From positions 800,001 through 864,000 of the forward strand of contig CAVYQE010000011.1 of the NCBI GenBank assembly GCA_963770565.1: a stretch of 64,000 bases of DNA. Direction: 5' to 3'. The stretch's first letter is position 1. Each line of letters begins with the position of its first letter. The notes below the pieces were generated by a model. The model was not told where the DNA came from. It did not search any database and was given only the letters and a program-made list of their open reading frames with translations. This document shows positions 1-10,800 of the stretch, in pieces. A program made the position numbers and the translations under genes. Source of the DNA: an uncultured Actinomycetota bacterium. GTDB lineage: Bacteria; Actinomycetota; Actinomycetes; JAFAQI01.

Positions 1-26
1 AGGATGCGGCGTGCTGCCAGACCGGA

Positions 27-420
27 CTAGGCCCGCTGACGCGATTCAGCGCGGCCTGCGCTGAGGCCGTCGCGCGCGGAGATCAGGATTAGCTCGAGGT
101 AGCTGGGGTTGCCGTGGATGGTGGCGATGGCGATGACCATGTCGAGGATCTGTTCAAGGGTGAGGTCCGCCCGAATCTCCATGGCCTGTTGTGCGGCGTC
201 GAGCAGCGGTTGCCCGTCGGCCATCACGTGGGCGCGACTGTTGCCGAACAGCGGATTGGTCCGGTCGGTGTGCTGGAGAAGTTCAGCGGCGATGTGATGC
301 TTGCTGGTGACGAAGGCGGAAAATCGCGGCAGCCAGGGCGTAAATGCCGCTCCTGGCGCTGTGTCGGTAGCGGGGAGGGCGGCGGCGCCCATCGCGTCGA
401 CCCCCTCGGTGTAGACGTTC
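27..420 (-). pseudogene. TetR-family regulator, C-terminal fragment (HTH missing)
   Basis: ORF 27..392 resembles a TetR C-terminal ligand domain (WL.RF...TSK..IAAEL; PLL.AAQ....IRADL); no N-terminal HTH upstream. Confidence 0.5.
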
Positions 421-481
421 CGCTGAAAGGGACTTGCAAGTGTCGGTGACAGAAACCTAATAGTTCTTCTATAGTTGTGTT

Positions 482-1201
482 ATGGCAATGGTCAGCGTCG
501 CTCAGGCGGCCGCGCAACTTGGCGTGGGCGTGCCGCGGATCCATCAGCGGATCGCGGATGGGTCACTGCGCGCGGAGCGGATCGGTTCGCAGTGGGCGGT
601 CGATGAATTCTCCCTCCTTCAGGTCGCGGAGCGCAGGTCGCCGGGCCGACCGTTGTCGGCGCGTTCGGCGTGGGCGCTGATCGCGCTGTCTGTCGGTGAC
701 GTTGCGGCGCTGGCTGATCTTGCGCCGAGTGAGCGGTCCAGGGCAGCTGCGCGGCTGGCGGAGTTGTTCGGCGAGGCCCGGAGGGTCCCTCGTTCGGAGC
801 GTGAGGTGCGTCGGGACGCGGCTGTGCTTCGTCAGAGGTTCCGCAACCGAGCGGATCGGGTCCTGCTGAAGGCTGCGGATGCCGACCTTGCCGGGCTACG
901 TGCGGATGGCCGGTGGGAGTCCGTCCTCAGCCCGGCTGTCAGCGGGATCGCGTCGGGCGAGGTCGAGGGTTATTTGGTCAACGAGCACTTCAAGCCGCTC
1001 TCGGATGACTTCCTGCTGATACCTGCCGATCGCGACGCCAATGTCATCGCGCACGTGCTCCCGGCCGGTCAACGGTCCTATCCGGACTCGCTGCTACTTC
1101 TCGCTGCAGATCTTTCGGAGCATCGCGGGCCGCGGGAGGAGCGAAGAGCGGTTGAACTGCTGCGAGAGATCGCGGATGCGGCGAGGAGCGGGAAGTCGTG
1201 A
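482..1201 (+). CDS. Excisionase-like HTH fused to AbiEi-like domain; putative type IV TA antitoxin
   Basis: N-terminal HTH_17-like (VSVAQAAAQLGV...RI..G.L.A.RIG..W.VD); C-terminal LAADL...GPREERRAVEL; overlaps the next gene (GTGA); TATAGT at 470-475 suggests a leaderless mRNA. Confidence 0.65.
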   Translation: MAMVSVAQAAAQLGVGVPRIHQRIADGSLRAERIGSQWAVDEFSLLQVAERRSPGRPLSARSAWALIALSVGDVAALADLAPSERSRAAARLAELFGEARRVPRSEREVRRDAAVLRQRFRNRADRVLLKAADADLAGLRADGRWESVLSPAVSGIASGEVEGYLVNEHFKPLSDDFLLIPADRDANVIAHVLPAGQRSYPDSLLLLAADLSEHRGPREERRAVELLREIADAARSGKS

Positions 1202-1920
1202 TCGTGCTCCCCGCGATGCCGCCGGAGCAGACCGCGTCGTGGCAAGGCCTGCTTGACATCTACGAGCGTCTCGATGGCGGTTGGACGCTAATCGGCGGAC
1301 AGCTCGTCCACCTGCATTGCGCCGAACGTGGCCAGTTCCCGGTACGGCCGACCAACGACGCAGACACCGTCGTGGACGTACGGGCCGACCCGAAGATGTT
1401 GCGCATCTTCACGTCAACTCTGGTCGAGCTCGGGTTCACCTCGGCTGGCGTATCAGCCGAGGGCTTGGAGCATCGCTGGATTCGCGGTGCCGCGACCGTC
1501 GATGTGCTCCTGCCCGAAGGTGTCGGTGAACGGGCCCGCTCCCGGTTGGGAGTGACCGGCAGCCCGAGCTTGTCGACCAAAGGCGGCACCCAGGCACTAG
1601 CCCGAAGCGAACCAATCCGAGTGATAGTCGAGGGCCGGGAAGGGTCCGTGTGCCGCCCGAACCTCGTTGGGGCCCTCATCAGCAAGGCGGCTGCCCATAG
1701 CAACGTGGGGGACCGTGACACGCGCCGACACCGGCGCGACTTCATCGTGCTCGCCACGCTGATCACGGCGTCGGACTTCCGATCGCAGGAGCTGACCAAG
1801 ACCGAACTGCGTCACCTCCGCTCTGTCAATACGGCGATCGAAGCCGACCGTGAGCTGCTGCTTAGCGTTCCCGATGCGAGCTCGGCGCTTGGTCGCCTGA
1901 GACGAGCGGCTGGTCTGTAG
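1198..1920 (+). CDS. Nucleotidyltransferase-fold protein (AbiEii/MenT-like toxin)
   Basis: LIGGQLVHLH...RPTNDADTVVD (GG + DxD motif), ALISKAAA and RHRRDF motifs. Confidence 0.7.
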   Translation: MIVLPAMPPEQTASWQGLLDIYERLDGGWTLIGGQLVHLHCAERGQFPVRPTNDADTVVDVRADPKMLRIFTSTLVELGFTSAGVSAEGLEHRWIRGAATVDVLLPEGVGERARSRLGVTGSPSLSTKGGTQALARSEPIRVIVEGREGSVCRPNLVGALISKAAAHSNVGDRDTRRHRRDFIVLATLITASDFRSQELTKTELRHLRSVNTAIEADRELLLSVPDASSALGRLRRAAGL

Positions 1921-2013
1921 ACCGACCGTCCTCTCGGCGATTGCGAGACGGTCGTCCCCTGACTGAACTGCTGAGGCGCTTTAGTCGGTGGACGCCGTCC
2001 GTACGGTGACAAC

Positions 2014-2763
2014 GTGAGCGACATCTACCTCGTTGAGTTCGGCGGAGAGGACTCGCCGGGCCGTGCGGAACGCGACGCGGAGCAGCGTCGACTCCGCGCT
2101 CGCTGGACCCAACGGCTCGCCGAAAAGGTCGGCCTGTCCGAGCTGGCCGCGGCCGAGGTGGCGTCCGCGGTGTTTGACCATCGCGATCAGTCGGGGCAGC
2201 CGTGCCTGTGTGGCTGCCACCCGCGGCTGGACGGGCTGCACGATGGCGGCTGGGACTGCCGCTGTACTTGGGACGAGACGCGACGTGAACGAGAAGCCCG
2301 GTCGTGGGCCGAGCGGCTTAAGGACCCGGTGTTCGACGAGCTTCGCAAGGAGCACGACGCAGAAGAGCGCGCGATCACCGCCTGGCTGGGCACGCAGGTC
2401 GACGTCAGCGCGCGACGGGTCACGTCGTTCGCGCCGGTGCAGTGGGACGGAGTGATCGACGGTCACTCGTTCTACTTCCGTGAGCGCCACGGCCAGTGGC
2501 GGATCGAGATCGACCTGGAACCCACCGGCGAGTTTGCCAACCGACTCATTGACGTGCGGGACGGCGACGCCGTGACGGAGTCGGTCCCGATCGAACGCCG
2601 CGAGGTCATCGCCGACGGGCTCGACGGGGCGCTGGGATCAACGCCTGTCGAGCATCTTGCGCATGTCGTGCGCGCGGTCCGGCGCCACCTCGGGCGACAG
2701 CAGTGCGCCCATCCCGGCGCAGTGTTCTTCTGTCCGCTGTGCGGCGCAGCCAGCGCCGAGTGA
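2014..2763 (+). CDS. Hypothetical protein with Cys/His clusters (possible Zn-binding)
   Basis: 249 aa ORF; CLCGCHP, CRC, CAH...CPLC. Confidence 0.6.
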   Translation: MSDIYLVEFGGEDSPGRAERDAEQRRLRARWTQRLAEKVGLSELAAAEVASAVFDHRDQSGQPCLCGCHPRLDGLHDGGWDCRCTWDETRREREARSWAERLKDPVFDELRKEHDAEERAITAWLGTQVDVSARRVTSFAPVQWDGVIDGHSFYFRERHGQWRIEIDLEPTGEFANRLIDVRDGDAVTESVPIERREVIADGLDGALGSTPVEHLAHVVRAVRRHLGRQQCAHPGAVFFCPLCGAASAE

Positions 2764-2796
2764 CGCTCCCGTCCGCCTACGCCCGATGATGGCGCG

Positions 2797-3294
2797 ATGG
2801 TGATCATCCACGGTACGCAACGGTTCCGGGATCGAATGGCCGCTGCTCCTGCGAATGAGGGTGATGTCTCGACGTCGACTCTCGGGTCGTGGTACGCGAC
2901 CGTGCTGCGCTGGCGTCCAGCGGTCGCGTTGTTCGTGAACGCCTCCACACTGTTGCCGGTGTTCACCCAGTTCGCCCCGACCCGGACCCTGCTCGACCGG
3001 TTCCCGGTCGCTGTCGGCGAGGTTCTCTCGGCCCACGGCGTTCCGCCCGCGGTGATCGCGACGGAGACCGCGGCGATGTCAACGTGCCGCGTCGCACCCA
3101 CCAGGAACCGCAGCGTGGTCGGAACGATGAACGACTTCAGCTTCCTTGCCGACCACCACCGAGCCGACTTCTCCGGCGAACTCGTCGAGTTGTCGGTGCG
3201 GCTGGCGGAAACGCCTTGCAGCCCGCTGTACAAGAGGCACATCAGCCCCGACCGGGAGTTGGCCGCGATGATCCAGAGGCACCTCGCCACCTGA
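2797..3294 (+). CDS. DUF6933-like protein
   Basis: LGSWYAT...ALFVN..TLLPV...T.NRSVVGTMNDF pattern. Confidence 0.6.
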   Translation: MVIIHGTQRFRDRMAAAPANEGDVSTSTLGSWYATVLRWRPAVALFVNASTLLPVFTQFAPTRTLLDRFPVAVGEVLSAHGVPPAVIATETAAMSTCRVAPTRNRSVVGTMNDFSFLADHHRADFSGELVELSVRLAETPCSPLYKRHISPDRELAAMIQRHLAT

Positions 3295-3359
3295 GACCCG
3301 CAGGCTCAGTTCAAGTCTTGAATCGACACGCGTGGCGAGTTCGAGCTTTAGGCCGCGCT

Positions 3360-3837
3360 GGTTGCTCTCTGGTTGCTCGCAGAAGAGAAGGCAGCCTCCG
3401 GATCGCGGAGCTGGCGATGTCTAGACGACTGTTTCTGCAGGTCAGAGCGTTGTCGGCGTCAGCGCGGCGGCTGACGCCTGGGTTGCTGCACATAAGAGCG
3501 AACTGCTTGGCGCCAGAGCTGCGTTTCCGCAGGTCAGACCCATGATCAACGATCTTGAGAAACCGGCTCTTAGATGTCGTAAATCAGCCGAGATCGCTGG
3601 TCTGTATGCGCCTCACCCGCGGTGTTACAGCCGCGGACGATCTTCGGTTGCTCCCTGGTTGCTCTCGGAAGGCAGAGCGACCGGAACGGCCCGGCAGCGG
3701 CCGGTCTTTTCCGGAAGCCCGCAACCACGCTCTTGGCGATGCGACCAGTCTCCCGGTTGCTCGTCAGTTGCTCGCGCTTCAGTCCTCGATCGCCCGACCA
3801 GCTCGACGCGGGACCTTTGATTTCTCCTCGGTTGCTC
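3360..3837. mobile_element. att junction between islands C and B (glnA-tail core plus GGTTGCTC arm-like repeats)
   Basis: Core TTAGATGTCGTAA at 3570-3582 (reverse strand Y-D-I-stop); GGTTGCTC at 3360/3371, 3646/3657, 3755/(A)3766, 3830; 3360-3582 is homologous to 12943-13164. Confidence 0.8.
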
Positions 3838-4157
3838 GGGGCGCTAGCGCGACCGGTCACTCTCGGCTTGGGTCGCCGCGCACCAGCAGTGGCAAGGTCA
3901 TTTGTATTCGAAGGTGACGGCGATGCTCGGCGGCATCAGAATGCCGCACCAACCCGATTGACCCCATGTTGTCGCGAGCGTGAGCACGCCTGTTTGACTC
4001 GTCGGCGGGGGTCGCGTCCGCTGGCGATGGTTTTGATCTGCGGCGTGTTCATCGCCCGCCGTCGTTTCCGTGACCGCAGAACGGTCGGTGCCGACTCCCT
4101 AACTGGGTCGTGGGTGATTTTTCACAACTCTTCGACTCGCCCCTCTAGGGTGAGCTG

Positions 4158-6242
4158 GTGATTCGACGTACTCTCACGGTCCCGGCTGTCGTCGCTGTCG
4201 TCATGGGGCTGTCACCAGCAGCGTCCTCTCAGGCGTTCACGCCACCGGCCGGCGTCTACGTCGCGTGTGGGTACGACAACGGCACGACTGCACCGGCCAA
4301 CACAGCGGGCACCAAGTGCATGACGTTGCCGGATGCCATCACGGCAGCGCTGGCCAATCACCCCGGTGGGGTCGGATCGACTCAGAAGATCTACCTGATG
4401 CCAGGTCACTACTGTCCGATCGCATTGTGGGCCTCACCGCTCGGCAACCTCGACTACAACGGACTCGACCTGATCGGCGCCGGGAACGCAGGCCTGGCCA
4501 AGGCGACAGATGATGTCAAGGAGCAGGCGTCGCTGGTCAGCTTCGAGTACAACTCGACGTTCTGCGGGAGCACGATCCCGGGCGCGATGGTGTCCGGTGA
4601 TCCCGGCGCCCAGGGAAGCCAGTCACTCGGCTTCGAGGACCTGACCTTCGACGGCACCGATGGTCCTTCAACCGGACTCAGCATCACTGACATCGGCACC
4701 AGCCTGCGGGATGTTGTCGTCCAGAGCTTCTCCGGCACGGGCATCACATTCAACAACCAGCGCGACCAGGGATTTGAGGGCGGCGCGGTTGGGTTTGACG
4801 CTGAGAACTCGGCCATCATCGACAACGGGAACGGCGCGTCGCTCACCGGCAGCTACCTCGGAATCGACGATTCGACGATCGCCGGTAACACGACGTACGG
4901 GGTCGAGCAACTCTCGCAGAGTGGCAGCTTGAACCTGCTGGAGGACACCATCACGCACAACGCGTACGGCTTGTACAACGCGACGACCGGCGTACAGGCG
5001 ATCAACACCGTGCTCGCCGGGAACAGCAACTCTGATTGTCAGGGGTCGAACCTGCCAAGCGGATTCGACGAGAGCAACGACCTGCTCGGTGGCAGTTGCA
5101 CCATCACGACGACCAGCGGCGATGTTGCTTACGAGGCAGCAGATCCAATCGGTACGCCGGCGGATAACGGCGGTCCGACGCCGTCGATTCTGCCCAGCAA
5201 CCAAGCAGTCGGCGCCGGCGAGCAGGAATGCGAGACCCAGGACCATACCGATCAGCGCGAGGCGTACATGTCTGCCGCCGACAGTTGCGACATTGGGTCG
5301 GTCGAGACGGCTGGGAGCCTCAAACCAGATGTGTCGACCACGAACGCCTCCGTTTACTTTCCGCCCACGGATCCGAAAGGTACGGGGGCGCAGGAATCGC
5401 TGCTCAACACCGGTGGCGACCGGGTCGGAGTCCGTTCGGTCAAGGTCACCGGAGACAAGGCGTTCTCGCTCGGGACCGACTCCTGCACGTATACACCGTT
5501 GGAATCCACCTTCGACAGCGACGGGTGCTCGGTCGAGGTCACCTACGACCCGCCTGCTGCACATAGGGCGTATTACGGCGACCTCGTCATCAGTACGACG
5601 CAGTCAGGAGCAACCGGCACGATCAAGATCCCGCTCAGCGGCGGCATCGACTCGACGTCTCTCACGACCGTGTCGCCGCGTTCGGTCATCTACGGCCACA
5701 AGGCCAAGATCGTCGGGGTGTTGATTGATACGTCGACCCATCAGCCGTTGCCACATGCGACGGTCAGCCTGTACGAGGCGACTGGCTCCGGTGCGCTGAA
5801 GTCGGTTGGGCAGACCACAACCAACTCAGCCGGTCGGGCCATCCTGTCCGAACCGCTGGTGTCCGCCGCGCGCTTCAGGTGGCACGACAGCGAGCAAGGT
5901 CTTCACACGTCGGCGCTCAGCACCGTCCGGACCGTAGCGGTGCGGCAGGGGGTTACGGCGAGTCTGGTTGATTCTTCGGTCCGGCATGGACACCGGGCGA
6001 CCGTGATCGGCACGGTGTCACCGCCGGCGCCGAGACGCAGTGTGCAACTCGAGGTGGAGCAGCATGGTCATTGGGCGGTCGTTAACACCGCAAAGATCAA
6101 ACGGACGAAGTCGAAGGCCCTCGAGTACGCCGCTTCGTTCAAGCCGGCCAAGCCAGGTCACGTCAAGCTGCGAGTGGTGATCGCAAAGACCCACGCCTTC
6201 GCGGCTGGTGCCTCTCCGACGCTGACTCTGCAGGTGAGCTGA
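4158..6242 (+). CDS. Secreted right-handed beta-helix protein with choice-of-anchor Q/D-like and Ig-like domains
   Basis: Signal peptide; STIAGN/DTITHN repeats; DNGGPTP...DQR...CDIGSVE; F.L.TDSC...C.V.VTY.P domain; basic C-terminal beta domains. Confidence 0.75.
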   Translation: MIRRTLTVPAVVAVVMGLSPAASSQAFTPPAGVYVACGYDNGTTAPANTAGTKCMTLPDAITAALANHPGGVGSTQKIYLMPGHYCPIALWASPLGNLDYNGLDLIGAGNAGLAKATDDVKEQASLVSFEYNSTFCGSTIPGAMVSGDPGAQGSQSLGFEDLTFDGTDGPSTGLSITDIGTSLRDVVVQSFSGTGITFNNQRDQGFEGGAVGFDAENSAIIDNGNGASLTGSYLGIDDSTIAGNTTYGVEQLSQSGSLNLLEDTITHNAYGLYNATTGVQAINTVLAGNSNSDCQGSNLPSGFDESNDLLGGSCTITTTSGDVAYEAADPIGTPADNGGPTPSILPSNQAVGAGEQECETQDHTDQREAYMSAADSCDIGSVETAGSLKPDVSTTNASVYFPPTDPKGTGAQESLLNTGGDRVGVRSVKVTGDKAFSLGTDSCTYTPLESTFDSDGCSVEVTYDPPAAHRAYYGDLVISTTQSGATGTIKIPLSGGIDSTSLTTVSPRSVIYGHKAKIVGVLIDTSTHQPLPHATVSLYEATGSGALKSVGQTTTNSAGRAILSEPLVSAARFRWHDSEQGLHTSALSTVRTVAVRQGVTASLVDSSVRHGHRATVIGTVSPPAPRRSVQLEVEQHGHWAVVNTAKIKRTKSKALEYAASFKPAKPGHVKLRVVIAKTHAFAAGASPTLTLQVS

Positions 6243-6270
6243 CGCCGGTCTCGTGGGTCACGACAACTAG

Positions 6271-7884
6271 CCTCGCCATTTCGTGATCTTGGTGCTCGAC
6301 ACGGGTTGTGGATGCACGGAAGTGCCTGTCCTGCTTGGGAAACTTGGGCTTGCGATGGACCAAGTTAGGCCGAGCGGGAAGGCACTCCGTGGGTGAAGGG
6401 TAGCCGAGGCAGGAGACGGGTTCGGGTAGTCGCGGGCGACGAGCTGTTGGTGTCGTCGTCGGGGGCGTCGCTGCTGGTCGAGACCAGCCGAGCGACCGGC
6501 CTTGATCGGGAGTTATCGAGGGCGCTGCGCCCGTGGCGTCGACCGCGGGCTGAGCACGATCCGGGCAAGGTTCTCGTCGATGTCGCGCTCGCGGTCGCAC
6601 TCGGTGGTGACTGCCTGGCTGATCTCGCGGTGGTCCGCGCGCAGCCGGACCTGTTCGGTGCGGTGGCGTCCGATCCGACGGTGTCGCGGCTGATCGACAC
6701 CCTCGCTGGGGATGCCGACGCCGCGGTCGCTGCGATTCGGGCGGCTCGCGCCGCGGCTCGGGCGACGGCCTGGGGTCACCGTTGCCCGGTCGGTGACGAC
6801 GGGCCGGTGATCGTGGATCTGGACGCGACGATCGTGTGCGCGCACTCGGAGAAGGAGGGTGCGACGCCGACGTTCAAACGCACGTTCGGGTTCCATCCGC
6901 TGCTGGCGTTCGTCGACCATGGCGTGGACGGCACTGGTGAGCCGTTGGCGGCGTTGCTGCGGGAAGGTCGCGCGACCGCCAACGACGCCGGTGATCAGAT
7001 CGCGGTGCTCGACGCCGCGCTCACCCAGCTGCCCGAGCAGGTCCGAAGCCGGGTGTTGGTGCGCGGCGACACCGGCTCCGGGGTGCACGAGTTGCTGCAC
7101 CATGTCACTGATCTTGGTTTGGAGTACTCGGTCGGAATCTATGGCCGTCAGCCCGTGCTGGACGCGCTCGCTGCGACACCACGACGCGCGTGGCGGTCCG
7201 CGATCGACGTCGACGGCCAGCCACGCGAGGGCGCGCAGGTCGTGGAGGTCACCAGGCACCTGCCCGACACCTTCATCGGCTGGCCGGCTGGGATGCGGGT
7301 CATCGCTCGCCGGGAACGCCCGCACCCGGGCGCGCAGCTACGGATCACCGACGACGACGGCTGGCGGATCACCGTGTTCGCGACCAACACCAAAGGCGGG
7401 CGGATCGCCGAGCTGGAGCTGCGGCACCGGCAACGCGCCCGCGCCGAAGACCGCATCCGAGGGCTCAAGGACTGCGGGCTGCGCAACCTACCGCTGCACG
7501 AGTTCGCCAAGAACACCGTCTGGCTCGAGCTTGTCGGTCTCGCCGCCGAGCTCCTGACCTGGACCCAGACGCTGGCGTTCACCGGCAGCATCGCGCGCTT
7601 GTGGGAACCGAAACGACTACGACTTCGCGTCCTGCACGTCGCCGGCCGGATCGTGACGACCAGCAGACGGAACTGGCTACGGCTGCCCCGCGGCTGGCCC
7701 CGGCGCGACCTGATCAGCAACGGTCACGCCAGCCTGCACGCCCTAACCTGAGCCACCACCCCAACCCCGACGACCAACCGGACAGGCGGCGCAACGAACG
7801 CCGCAGTTCGACAACGCCCACCACCGACACCGCCCACCACACTCGTGGAATCACCAATACCACCAAGATCACGAATGATCGAGG
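6271..7884 (+). mobile_element. IS1380-family insertion sequence with terminal IRs and CTAG target duplication
   Basis: Left CCTCGCCATTTCGTGATCTTGGTG; right CACCAAGATCACGAATGATCGAGG; CTAG at 6267-6270 and 7885-7888. Confidence 0.9.
6393..7751 (+). CDS. IS1380-family DDE transposase
   Basis: DLDAT...HSEKE.A..TFKR.FGFHP; LVRGD; RARAEDRIR.LK; EPKRLRLR. Confidence 0.92.
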   Translation: MKGSRGRRRVRVVAGDELLVSSSGASLLVETSRATGLDRELSRALRPWRRPRAEHDPGKVLVDVALAVALGGDCLADLAVVRAQPDLFGAVASDPTVSRLIDTLAGDADAAVAAIRAARAAARATAWGHRCPVGDDGPVIVDLDATIVCAHSEKEGATPTFKRTFGFHPLLAFVDHGVDGTGEPLAALLREGRATANDAGDQIAVLDAALTQLPEQVRSRVLVRGDTGSGVHELLHHVTDLGLEYSVGIYGRQPVLDALAATPRRAWRSAIDVDGQPREGAQVVEVTRHLPDTFIGWPAGMRVIARRERPHPGAQLRITDDDGWRITVFATNTKGGRIAELELRHRQRARAEDRIRGLKDCGLRNLPLHEFAKNTVWLELVGLAAELLTWTQTLAFTGSIARLWEPKRLRLRVLHVAGRIVTTSRRNWLRLPRGWPRRDLISNGHASLHALT

Positions 7885-10800
7885 CTAGCCGATGACCTTT
7901 CGCGCCTCGTCGTCCTCGAATGGGTTGTGGTTGTTCGGGGTCGAGTTCGGATCCCGCTGCCCGGCCTTGATCAACTCCGCGGTGGCGGTGGTCGGCAGTT
8001 TGCCCTTGACCACAAGCACGAGACTGAGGGTGACGGTCTTCTCACCGCCGATCGTCCGCACCACCCAGTGGCCGGACGACTTCTGAAACTTGCCGCTGCT
8101 TGCCTTCGCCGATTTCAGTGTCAGACCTCGGGGGACCTTCACCGATACGACGTCCCCAGTCGCGGCGAGCGGATAGGAGTCGTGCAAGGACACCGTCAGG
8201 TGAAGGAGCTTGCCCTTCTTGGCCTTACCCGTGACCTTCATCGTGATGTTCAGGTCTCGCTCCTTGATCAGCGATACGCATGCCTTCCCGATCCCCTTGA
8301 CGCTGCTCGATGCCTGGCTGTGGTTGGAAACGGTTGGGCAGTTGTCCTTGGTATTGACAATGCCGTCATGGTCGGCATCGGCACTCATGGCCTGTTGCCA
8401 CGGATCGATGCCTGGCTCGGTCGAGGTCGAGGCGTCGCTGGTGTCAGCGCGCGCGTGCGCCGCCGATTGTGGGGCCCACGCCCAAGAGTCGACTAGGACT
8501 GGTACCGGCGTGTACTGGAGGCCGGCCCAGTCATCGTGGCTGGTCAACTGGCTGCCCACAGGCACGGGGCTCGAGCAACCGTACGCACCTGAATCGTCCG
8601 ACTGGGACTCGGTGACAGCAGATGTGTCGATCCTGCCGTTGTCGTTCCAATCGATCGGCGTGAAGATTGACGCGGCCAGGAGCCCGCAGCTGCCGGCAAC
8701 GACGTTACCGGCGGAGTTTCGAGTGGGTCCCTGGTAAACAGTCGTCGTCCAGTCGCCGAGCGTGTCCCTCTTCACGGTGCCGGCGATCGCGGCGTTCTCG
8801 TTGAGTGCGCCCTCGTTGAGGCTGGGAAGCGAAGCGCGCGAGTAGTCGAGCGGACGGTTGGGCACGACGTCGCGGTAGAGAAGGTTGTAGTTCATGACAC
8901 TCAGGTAGTTCGGCTTGAAGTTCGTGTCGTCACCGCCACCGTGATGCAGCCCAAGGGTGTGGCCGAACTCGTGCATCATGGTGGCCGCTTGGACTTGCGC
9001 AAGGCAGCTGGCGTAGTCGGTGCACTGGGTTGGCCAGCCACCAGCGACAGCGATGGTTCGCGGCATTCTGAGTGCGTTCGGGTCGCGGCTGCTTCTCATC
9101 GCCGGTCCGAGTGTGATCACCGCGGTTCGGCCGGCGATGTCCGCCTCGCCGGTGACGTTCGGGCCGCCACTCATGGCGTCGCCAAAGAAGATGTAGCGCC
9201 AGATCATGTGCTTAGCGCCGAGAATCTGCCAACAATCTGACGAGTTGCGATCCTCGAGGGACCCAAACACACCGGCGCAGTCGCGGTCGCCATCCCGGAT
9301 GTCGATCAGCTGACTCTGGGTCATCGCATGCTCGCCCGGGCGCGGGCTGACCTCGTCGTCGCTGAGCTTCTCGTCATCCGTGGTCGCACCCAGGTGCAAA
9401 CGGATGCCGGTGTGAGACGGGTCGTTCGTCGCGCTCACCGGGCTGTCTGCAAACGCCTCTTGTACGTCGACAAGCGCCTGCTGCTTCGGTGCGAAGCCAC
9501 GGTAGTAGTCAACCTCCGCAAACAGATCCCGCCGGGTTGGCGATGCGCCGTAGGCCTTGAGGTCGAGGTCGCTCTTGCCGTCTCCGTCAAAGTCGAGGCC
9601 TCGGGTCTCCCACTCGTCACAGATGCCGTCACCGTCAGCATCGTCCGAGGTCTGACCAGCCAGGGGCGCGCAGATCGGCGACACCTCTGAGGTGTTTCCG
9701 TCGGCATCTGTTGCCGTGGCGGAATAGCTGACGAAGACGCCGGGATGAGGGACACCGAAGTAGAACGTGCCGTCGGGCTGAACCGTGGCGGTACCCAACC
9801 AGACCGGCGCCGCGCCCCAACTGTCCACCTGATCCGCCGGCTGGGGATCCGCTGCGATCTGTCCAGCGCTCAAGCCGTAGATGTCCACGACTTCGGATGC
9901 GGTCGAGGCGGGCCGTGGGCTCAACGTCCCGGTGACGATGGTTCCGCCGTAGATGGGCAGTCCGGGGTTGTTCGGCTGGATCGTCGACATGACCGCCGTC
10001 GGGAAGTTGATCGCGCCGTTCGCTCCCTCATCGGCGTCGTGTTCATCGTTCGGTAGCGGCTCGTTCGCATCTACCGGCTTGTCGATGAAAGCGATCGGCA
10101 GCTTCGAGACGTCGAGGATCCAGTTGCCTCGAATCGTGTCGTCGTTCACCGTGCCGTCCAACGCGACGCCGTCGCCCGACGTATCAGCGATGATGTTGCA
10201 CGCGCCGGCGCATACGTCTTGCGGGGTCTGGTCGACCGAGTAGCCGATGACGTTGCCGGAGGCTTGGTTCGTCAAGCTGACACCACTGCCGCCAATGCCG
10301 ACCTTGTTGTCGCCGAGGATCCCGATGGCGTTTCCCTCGATCAGATTCTTCGTCGTGGCACTGCCGTCGAGTAGTACGCCGTCCTTGTTTCCAGCGACCA
10401 CGTTCCCGGAGCCGCTCGCCGTGCCACCGATGACGTTGTTCGGTGAGTTCTCGACCTGGATCGCGTCGTCGGAGTTGTGGAGCTTTCCGCTGCCTGCGGC
10501 ATTCGTGCCGATGTGGTTGCCGGAGACGGTGTTGCCGCCCGGACCGTCGAGGTGAATGCCGGCGCCACCGTTGCCCGAAATCACGTTTCCGGCAGTGCCG
10601 ACGCCGCCGATGGTCACGTTGCTGGGTGCGTCGGTGGTTGCCTCGTAAGGCTCGTAGTAGTAGCCGATACCAGGGCCGCCATTGCCCAGTCCCGGGTCGG
10701 AGTCGGGATCGGTCCCGATGTCGTTCGCTTGGATCACGTCTCCGGTATCCGCGGCACCGTCAAGCCGCAACCCGTCGTGCTTGTTGCCGGAGATCACGTT

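Noticed and set aside
3542-4161. Short ORFs beginning MIND.EKP.LRCR (also within 13058..13996)
   Set aside because: The shared peptide is just the translation of the repeated att DNA
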